From assembly GCF_001194135.2 (NCBI RefSeq), contig NC_068989.1:51747825-51811824 (forward strand): a stretch of 64,000 nt of DNA, read 5' to 3'. This document shows, one piece after another, positions 54,700 through 64,000 of the stretch. This DNA is from Octopus bimaculoides (Eukaryota). A program made the position numbers and the translations under genes. Below the pieces are notes generated by a model that saw only the letters and a list, made by a program, of their open reading frames with translations, had not been told where the DNA came from and did no database searches. Positions within the stretch are counted from its first letter, which is position 1. The number at the start of each line of letters is the position of its first letter.

Positions 54700-55330
54700 A
54701 ACCCCACGGACGTGGGGCAGCGAAAGAACACTCTTCAGCTTAATCACCAGTAGTATCATGGTAAGTGCACATCTCTCTTCCGAAATTCACACCCTATGGG
54801 CGCCAGCTTAGAACGGGCACACTCACTAGGGTCACCAGCGATACATTCAGACGCCTTTCAATGATTCTACCGAGAGGGGCCGGACGTCCCGTTCGAAACT
54901 TGCTTTCCTTTCTAAATAGAAATATAAAAAATGCCAGCGCGAACTTTGTCAAATAGGGAGGTTTCTATCTTTAGTCTTCTCATTTGCGTTTACTACACAA
55001 CTTCTCTCCCTAAAGTGACGCGGCAGAGGAAAACTGCATGTTCTTGACGGTGAAAGGAAGGCAGAGTTGAGACCTTCTCAAGGAAGTCGGTCGATAGCTG
55101 AACGCTTCCTACATGTGTTAACAGTTGTTCGACATAAATCCACAAGTCTCCAAAACTCGCACACAGTATGAACGCGAGCAGTACGGTTTCGTCTCTCTGC
55201 GGGTATTTGTGGGGCGGGACACTGTCGGCACTCCCACGTATGTAGATTTATTTCCGAAAGGGCAATGCTTCTGGGTATTACTGCTAGGCCAGAGATTTAC
55301 ATATTGTGCGTAGGTGACTAACATTCAGCC
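54700..55330 (-). mobile_element. L1/Tx1-like LINE 3' fragment
   Basis: GC-rich island. Minus peptide YFYLERKASFERDV...KGV*MYRW resembles recalled Tx1-like C-termini (HLKRKVRVER...KRW). Confidence 0.45.
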
Positions 55331-55826
55331 TCTTCAAAATAATAAGTTTAAAGCGCAAGGTAAAATGTACAAATAGAATGCTGTAAAATGAGTGAAATAT
55401 GCAATTATAATATATGTTAATTTACAGTATATATATATTTATAATATATATTGTAATAATCTAAAACTAAGTGTAATATTTTCCCAAGCGCAAGTTTTTG
55501 AAGCATGTATCACTGTCTCAGCTAATCAATGAGATTCTGCACTCAGACAAGAGATTGTTCATGACATCCCGTTTAGCGTTACCTCACGATTCATTGAGTC
55601 TAATACGTTAGAAACAGCCTGAGTAAACAATACATATATGTATATGTATGCATACATATACATATTTCTGCGTGCATAATATATACTAGTAGGAAGACTT
55701 TCTGCTAGCCACTTGATAATATTTTCACACAGATATTTTCAGTCGCATATTTTTATCTTTGGACGCCCCGTGATGAAATGCACAATTCTAATGTGATATT
55801 TGTGTAATAACAAAATCAAACCAGGA

Positions 55827-55884
<58 letters not shown>

Positions 55885-57564
55885 ATATTACAAAGATAGT
55901 GCCTATGCTTATATTAGAGAGACAGTGTATGTGTATGAGAGGGAGATAGGGAGAGAGAACATTGCAAACAATGAATGAAATAAATATACAATGACAAAAT
56001 CGCATAAATAAAAGCGCGTTAAAAACTGCCTTGTACCGAATATTTTAATTTGTGAACTTGAAATATTCAATAATAAAAGGAAGTTTAGAAAGTAAATTTT
56101 CTTGTAAACTTCAATTTATAAAATAATCTCATCTGCTTAGTAAATATCTTTTTTCAAAAATTTATCGTAGTCGTAATATATCTCTAATTTAAACAAACTT
56201 CAAGATAACCCAATTACGTTTGGTGAGCTAGAAATAGCAGTGATCACATAGTTATTATTGTAAGGCTTATAAGCGTTCCAAACAGCCATACCAACGAATC
56301 CACTTGTTTTTTTTTTTATACTGATATATCAAAAAAATTTCATTTTATCAAAAATAATCATTTAAGAAACTCTGGAAACTGACATTATACTAAGCCTTAA
56401 AGTTATACAGCTCTTTTGTCTCTTAGCATGCATTCAATAAATATTTTATTTTATTTTTACATTACGTATATAGAATAAACTGTGGGTTTTGTAAATGGCG
56501 AATTAAAAGTTGAAATGAAAACATTGAAATGAAAAAAGTTGAATGCAACGGATATTAAAATTTATGAAAAAGTTGTAGTTCAAATATTCAATAAACTTCA
56601 GAAATCGAAATTACAAGAAATTTCTTCGAACATGAATTTATATCAAAGATTCCAGACGGTCAAGAATTTAATAATTGCTTTCTTTTAGTAACTGTTAGAT
56701 ACTTAATTAATAAACAGCTTTCCTCATTATAATATTGATGTATTTATACATGTATATGTATACTTACATATATACTACGTACATGCACACACAGAAAGGC
56801 ACACTCACATCCACATCCACACACACGTGCATATATATATATATATATATAATTAACTTTAGCTTTTTTAAGCCTAAACGATACAGGTAATAAGAAATTG
56901 CCATGACAAGTCAAAGGTTAGTACTTTCACCCGGTAGTTCAATATTTCAGTTTTAGGTTTTTAGGAAAGCGAAGCAAGTCTTCAAACGCACACTTACGCA
57001 AGCACGCACGCACACACACACAAACACACACTCTCACATACACATAAAATACATATACGTGTTTGATGTATTCGTGACGATCGACGTTTTATCTGGCCAG
57101 TTTGATTCTTGTTCAAAATTTTACCTGAAGTTAGTGGATTATATATTATGATATAATCAATGCATGCATCAATACAATTCTACCTAGATAGCTGTCGTAA
57201 ATTTTCATTCCTATTTGTGTTCTCGTTTGAAATCTACGCCACAAAGAACCAACAAGGATAGAATATACGGCTGAAATTGGATTTGGGCACGAAAATATTT
57301 ACAGTATTCTGCAAACATATGTTATCCAAAATATAGTTTCACCTCAGTGTAAACTCCACGTTCTTCTACCTAGCTAATTTGGCTTTCCGCATGACATGTC
57401 CAGATTCTATTGAATTTATACACAGACAAGCGCGCGAGCGCACACACACAAACACATAGACACGCAGACACATTTATCTATATGTATGTATGTATAAACA
57501 TAATTAAAATTAGGGTTCAGCAAAAATTGCTTCACCACACACCGAAATTAGAAATAGCAGTTAA

Positions 57565-57791
57565 AACTACTATTTCACTACTATAATATATCTCCCAGAC
57601 GGTAGCACTCGCAACTCATACAGGCAAAGAAAAAAATAATGAATCTACCCGGCTTTGATTAACAGTATACGCGTTTCAGGATTAACGAGGTGTATATTAT
57701 ATTATAATCCTGGAACGCGTATGCAGTTAATCAAAGTCGGGTAGATTCGTTATTTTTACTTCGTTGCCTGTATGGTAGTGAAATAGTAGTT
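57565..57791. repeat. Hairpin: ~68-70-bp arms with 20-nt loop, plus an outer 17-bp perfect inverted repeat
   Basis: 57617-57684 vs 57705-57774. Outer pair aactactatttcactac (57565-57581) vs 57775-57791. Confidence 0.9.
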
Positions 57792-57916
57792 ACAGTTAAA
57801 ATTACCGCGTTTTTAATTAAATCTTTTCAGTTACTATAGTAACAACGCTACCTACGAACTTACGTAATACCCACTATGTACGTACGTACGTATCTACCTA
57901 CCTACTTACCAACTTA

Positions 57917-57985
<69 letters not shown>

Positions 57986-58031
57986 NNNNNNNNNNNNNNN
58001 NNNNNNNNNNNNNNNNNNNNNNNNNNNNNNN

Positions 58032-58095
<64 letters not shown>

Positions 58096-60138
58096 TCACT
58101 GAATTTCTCTCTCAACAGTTTTCTCCTTTTCTTCCGTCCTTCAGCAAGGATGTGGCAGGTTATCTCTCTAACTGATTCCCTCACCAGATCTCCTCCTTCT
58201 ACATATTATGATGTAACGGTCAGACATACAGAGATCAGCATCTATTTTATGATATATAATTCTCATAATTCGCTGTATCTATGTATTTCTTCTGTCGTAC
58301 AACAGTAGTTTCTTAATTCATGCAACAGTTCATAAACACACACATACACACACATACACGCAGACATACACACGCGAACATACAAACACATCACTCATGC
58401 GTGAATCTCTGCATGCGTATGCCTATATATGTGCCTAGTTTTGTGTACGTGTGCGCCTATATGGATGTTTCTTTAATTTCATGTGAAGTCATATTCGTGC
58501 GCTATCATTTTCTAGGAGTGAAATCTCTTTGAATTTATCGAAACAACTTTTTACATTAACGTATAAATAAAATAAAGCCTAAATTGAAAAACCATACAAA
58601 GACAGAAACTATTAAATATCAAAAGGCCAAATGTACATAGATACGCATTATTTTTTTACTTTTATTAAGGAAACAACTTACACAGCCGTGTTATTTTATT
58701 TGAGGTATAATTTTTTACAAAGTAGAAGTAATTTTAAAATATGACATTAAACTGAACTGGAATTTTAATCGATAGTAATGAAAAAAATGCATTAGCTAAT
58801 CCGCGTAAAATTGTATTAAGTAATTTTTCACTTGTGTAATATAGCGAAGATATGTCTATAGATTTCTTCTAATACGCTAGTGCACGAATATCCATACTAT
58901 ATTGAATGTACAGAACGTTTTGTAATTCATCGTGTTGATTAATTTGGATTACAATGAATAACGAATCATTTTTTTATATATAATGCTGCGATTTTCACTT
59001 GTATCTCATGTATTTTAACGGAAGGGCTATCGAAGTACAATAGATATTCCATGGAATGAGTGAAAGAAATATATACATTAAAGTTATATATATATATATA
59101 TATNNNNNNNNNNNNNNNNNNNNNNNNNNNNNNNNNNNNNNNNNNNNNNNNNNNNNNNNNNNNNNNNNNNNNNNNNNNNNNNNNNNNNNNNNNNNNNNNN
59201 NNNNNNNNNNNNNNNNNNAAGGTATATTCGAAATATTGGTCTGCGGCATGCATTTGAAGGGCACATTCATTTCAATCTCTTTCTACAATACAAATTGGGA
59301 TTTCATGTACATGCATTTAAACAAATGATAAAAAAAAAAAAAAACATTATCGTGTGTACGTGGCATGTACTTAGAGGAATGTATAGAATTCCATGTTGTT
59401 CTGTCTAAAGGAATTCTAAATATGCCTTTCCAATGCATGCTAAAATGTAATTTTCAGAATATATGTTCAAATGAATTTGAACATATGCAATATATTTCAA
59501 TACAAATTATAATGTATGATGTACTTCAGCTTTATTTATAACTCAATATGAAGTGAACTACATTATATATACATCGCCATTTAACAGTTTTACATATGTC
59601 ATTTTAAGTCAATTTCTACCACAATATGACAAAAGAAATATGGCAACCAAATTCATGTTTGTGTTTGGCCAGCTTATTTTGGGACAGGGAGTTGGAAGTT
59701 TTTACAAATTTACGTTATGTTTTTCCAGAGACCAGTCATACACGACAGAACAAGTACCTGAGGATCAACGGCACTAAACGCACATCATGCGGTGTAGCGC
59801 GCTTTCAACAATATAGAGTTACATAAAAAATAAAGTTATTTCTATCAGATGGAGAGGATATTTAAACATCTCTGCGGTGTCGTATAAGCATATATATTAG
59901 TCGTTGTTTAGCTACTTTCCTACACACACGCTCGCTTACATATTCACTCATACACACGCATTCAATTTCCTTAATAGCAGTTTCAAACTTAAAGTTTCAT
60001 ACACATACAAAAGAATCTACTATTTCAGGTTCGGAGAAACCGAAAAAGGCGAGACGGAGATGACATTTTAATATTGCGCTATTAACAGTCAATGTGGTCT
60101 TAGTACATGGTGTTAGCAATATAACCACTACACTACAT

Positions 60139-60265
60139 CTGAAGAAGAAGAAGAAGAAGAAGAAGAAGAAGAAGAAGAAGAAGAAGAAGAAGAAGAAGAA
60201 GAAGAAGAAGAAGAAGAAGAAGAAGAAGAAGAAGAAGAAGAAGAAGAAGAAGAAGAAGAAGAAGA
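60139..60265. repeat. (GAA)n microsatellite
   Basis: Directly visible. It produces the poly-Lys ORF. Confidence 0.95.
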
Positions 60266-60591
60266 GGAAACAAAGCGGGAGCCCTATGATAGTAGTAGGA
60301 TGTTAAATGGTCGGTAGTACTGATTGAATTCTTGAGATATCTCTTTTGAATGTATTGTTTAGAATATTTGCGTAGGTGCTATTCTAAAGAGCAGTAGTAG
60401 TATAGTACGGAAGGAGATGGCGGAGAGGAAGAAGAAGACGAAGAATAAGAAGTAGACAGAGAAGAAAAGAAAGAATAAGAGAATGCGGGATGGTAGGATA
60501 GTAGTAGGCTCATTGTGGATCATAGCAGTGATTGGGACTGTTTTGAATGTATTATTTTAAATCTTTTTAGAATGTATTATTTTTAATATTT

Positions 60592-61627
60592 ACGTGTGTG
60601 TTATTCTAAGGTCGTGGTGGATATGTCATTTGTTGTACATGCGTTCTGTTATAATAAAGAGAGACTCTTTACTAATTCGCTGGCTACAGGTTGTATCGTC
60701 CCTGAATTGATAGAGGGCAAACAATTCTGAAACTTGGATTTTTGTTATTGGCGCAAAAGTCGATGTGTTGTTCGAATGCTATTTTTCTGCTTTTTGTTTT
60801 TAAATTTTGATCTGGGATCTGTGCAGAGCCATCCTTTAACGTATATTGGTTTTTGCTTGGCCTATGTATTTCTGTTGACACCCAGAGCAGGTTAGTGCGT
60901 ATATCAGGTTCTCCGAAGTACATGTGAAGCTGCTTTTCACTGTGAAACATTGTCCCTGTTTGAAGGTGAGCTCTGATCCCTCAGCTAAATTGACACATAT
61001 CCCACACTTGGTTCTTCCGCATGTTTTTACTGACGGCCTCAGTGTTGTTGTTGAACGTTTTCGGGCTTGTGTTAGGAGACTTTTCATAGATTTGCAATAA
61101 AAAGCAATAGACAGCCCAAATCTATGAAAAGTCTCCTAACCCAAGCCCGAAAACGCTCACCAACAACACTGAGGCCGTCAGTAAAAACATGCGGAAGAAT
61201 CAAGTGTGGGATATGTGTCGATTTAATTGAGGTATCAGAGTTCTCCCTCAAACAGGGACAACGTTTCACAGTGAAAGGCAGGCAGCTTCACATATACTTC
61301 GGAGAACCTGATATACGCACTAACCTGCTCGTGGTGTCAGAGCAATACATATGCCGAACAAAAAACAGTCTACGTCAAAGGATGGCTCTGCACAGATCCC
61401 AGATCAAAATTAAAAACAAAAAAAAAACAGAAACACAGGATTCAGCCAACACATCGACATCTGCACCAATAACAAAAATCCAAGCTTCAAAATTTGTCCC
61501 TTCTATCAATTCAGGGACGATACAACATGTAGAAAACGAATTAGTAAACAGTCTCTCTTTATTACAAAATACAGACCCCTTGTGAACGCATCTACAACAA
61601 ATGACACACGACCTTAGAGTAACACGT
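60592..61627. mobile_element. Inverted duplication of a PLE GIY-YIG segment
   Basis: Arms 60592-61093 (minus) and 61118-61627 (plus) with a 24-nt spacer. Both encode MKSLLTQARKRS.TTLRPSVKTCGR.KCGIC. The left arm keeps FTCTSENLIYALTCSGCQQKYIGQ. Confidence 0.92.
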
Positions 61628-61689
61628 GATTGAAGTTTGAGTCCGATTGAGACATGTTCCTTTCTGGTTTTACAGTGTAAGCATGGCCG

Positions 61690-62090
61690 CTCCACTAGGA
61701 ATGTGCAACATTGAAGAACAAAGAGCAGTGATCCAGTCAACAATGCAAGATAGAGTGCTTTGTTGGCGAAAAAACTGAAGCCAGCAATTCGTTCCACCTG
61801 CTGATCCCTATTGTCGAAGAACCTTTTGCTGTTCCATGTCAATGCACGTCCACACACGGCCGACCAGAGCGTTGAAACCATTAACAAATTGAATTTTGAG
61901 GGGCGGAAACACTCTGCCTACAAACCAGATCTCGCCCGTTCCGACTATCATATATTTCGACCGCTCAACGATGGTTTACAAGGTGGTCGATTCCCTACGG
62001 ATGAAGATGTGAAGGAAGCGGTGCATAAATGGTTGCACGACTAACCGAAAACCTTCTTCTCGGATGGAATATGAAAATTGATCGACACTA
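61690..62090 (+). mobile_element. Internally deleted mariner
   Basis: N-terminal CNIEEQRAVI is joined directly to VNNAR...LFHVNARPHTA...SAYKPDLARSDYHIFRPL...EAVHKWL. Confidence 0.85.
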
Positions 62091-62560
62091 GTCATAGAAT
62101 CATAAAGTGGCACACGATGCTGTTCTTTGAATATTTTTGAATGTTGTGATTCACGTATTCACCTGATGAAAACGGTTTTTTTCTAATGATATAATTTCTC
62201 CATTAAACATTTAAAAACCAACTGGAAAAATGTAAAGTGGGTTGAGACATAATCCAGCTGTTATTTGTTTATTTATTTATTTATTTATCTCATCACTCCG
62301 AACTTGCTTCTTGCGTGGATCTGAAGTATATTGTGGACGTTACATTTAGTGCATTGTGCGTTTCGTAGATTAGCCTTGAGATGTGTGATATACTCAGTCG
62401 AGTACAGTTAATCATATACATAACCTGAACATCTTTTGGCCTGTACTTCGGTACCCGCGTATGTATTCCTCTGCTTTCTTTGTGTACACATTTTATCTTT
62501 CGATCCGACCTGGTGCCTTACTATTTATGTGCCTGATTCACTGGAATACTGGTCTATTAC

Positions 62561-62598
<38 letters not shown>

Positions 62599-63454
62599 TT
62601 GTATATATGCGTGTGTATATATATGCATAACTATATACATACACACACACATATATATATAAATNNNNNNNNNNNNNNNNNNNNNNNNNNNNNNNNNNNN
62701 NNNNNNNNNNNNNNNNNNNNNNNNNNNNNNNNNNNNNNNNNNNNNNNNNNNNNNNNNNNNNNNNNNNNNNNNNNNNNNNNNNNNNNNNNNNNNNNNNNNN
62801 NNNNNNNNNNNNNNNNNNNNNNNNNNNNNNNNNNNNNNNNNNNNNNNNNNNNNNNNNNNNNNNNNNNNNNNNNNNNNNNNNNNNNNNNNNNNNNNNNNNN
62901 NNNNNNNNNNNNNNNNNNNNNNNNNNNNNNNNNNNNNNNNNNNNNNNNNNNNNNNNNNNNNNNNNNNNNNNNNNNNNNNNNNNNNNNNNNNNNNNNNNNN
63001 NNNNNNNNNNNNNNNNNNNNNNNNNNNNNNNNNNNNNNNNNNNNNNNNNNNNNNNNNNNNNNNNNNNNNNNNNNNNNNNNNNNNNNNNNNNNNNNNNNNN
63101 NNNNNNNNNNNNNNNNNNNNNNNNNNNNNNNNNNNNNNNNNNNNNNNNNNNNNNNNNNNNNNNNNNNNNNNNNNNNNNNNNNNNNNNNNNNNNNNNNNNN
63201 NNNNNNNNNNNNNNNNNNNNNNNNNNNNNNNNNNNNNNNNNNNNNNNNNNNNNNNNNNNNNNNNNNNNNNNNNNNNNNNNNNNNNNNNNNNNNNNNNNNN
63301 NNNNNNNNNNNNNNNNNNNNNNNNNNNNNNNNNNNNNNNNNNNNNNNNNNNNNNNNNNNNNNNNNNNNNNNNNNNNNNNNNNNNNNNNNNNNNNNNNNNN
63401 NNNNNNNNNNNNNNNNNNNNNNNNNNNNNNNNNNNNNNNNNNNNNNNNNNNNNN

Positions 63455-63497
<43 letters not shown>

Positions 63498-63857
63498 AAA
63501 ACGAATAAATACGAAGTAGTAAAGTAAGAAGCTGAAGTGGTTCCCGTTTATTTACCCATCACTTAGATGGAAAGTTTAGGCTCAATCACCCCCCCCCACT
63601 GTCTAGCGCAGATTGTGATGTTTTTACAGCAATTTAACGGACACACTTAAGGGTAATTTATAAACAGATAAAATCAGTTATGTACACACAGACACACACA
63701 CGCAAATACGTATGTATACATATGGATATGTGCATTCGTAAATGTATTTATATATATGTGTGTGTGTATGTCAGTGTGCATGTCTATATGTGTATATTTA
63801 TATATCTATGCATATATTTTTATCGATATCTATATATATCTATGCATATATATGTGT

Positions 63858-63899
<42 letters not shown>

Positions 63900-63934
63900 G
63901 ATACATATATATTCATATATACATACATATATGT

Positions 63935-63976
<42 letters not shown>

Positions 63977-64000
63977 GTACATACCTACATACATATATAT

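Noticed and set aside
62155-62240. CTGATGA...GAAA as a hammerhead
   Set aside because: No consistent stem I, II and III pairing (the same applies near 1390, 19840, 25190 and 32190).

Overview
AT-rich, microsatellite-dense eukaryotic DNA with about 15 N-gaps, mostly next to (TA)n, (CA)n or similar short repeats. No host protein-coding gene, rRNA, genuine tRNA or CRISPR array can be supported. The repeat content resembles an octopod cephalopod genome (inference from recalled repeat families, not from a search). It includes a CORE-type tRNA-SINE, a second tRNA-SINE family, Penelope-like elements (PLEs), R4/Dong, RTE and Tx1-like LINE fragments, and Tc1/mariner/pogo relics. All elements are degenerate. 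Most long ORFs in the supplied track are microsatellite or gap artefacts. Notable structure: (1) a tRNA-like Pol III head followed by a minimal hammerhead ribozyme, inverted against a PLE reverse transcriptase (13740-14790); (2) at least seven long inverted repeats, including a TA-flanked 741-bp palindrome, a 118-bp-TIR cassette around a LINE fragment, and a PLE hairpin with ~500-bp arms; (3) a short RTE-like non-autonomous element; (4) an in-frame PLE-RT/Tc1 junction. Coordinates and identities were read by eye, and the ends of degenerate elements are approximate.
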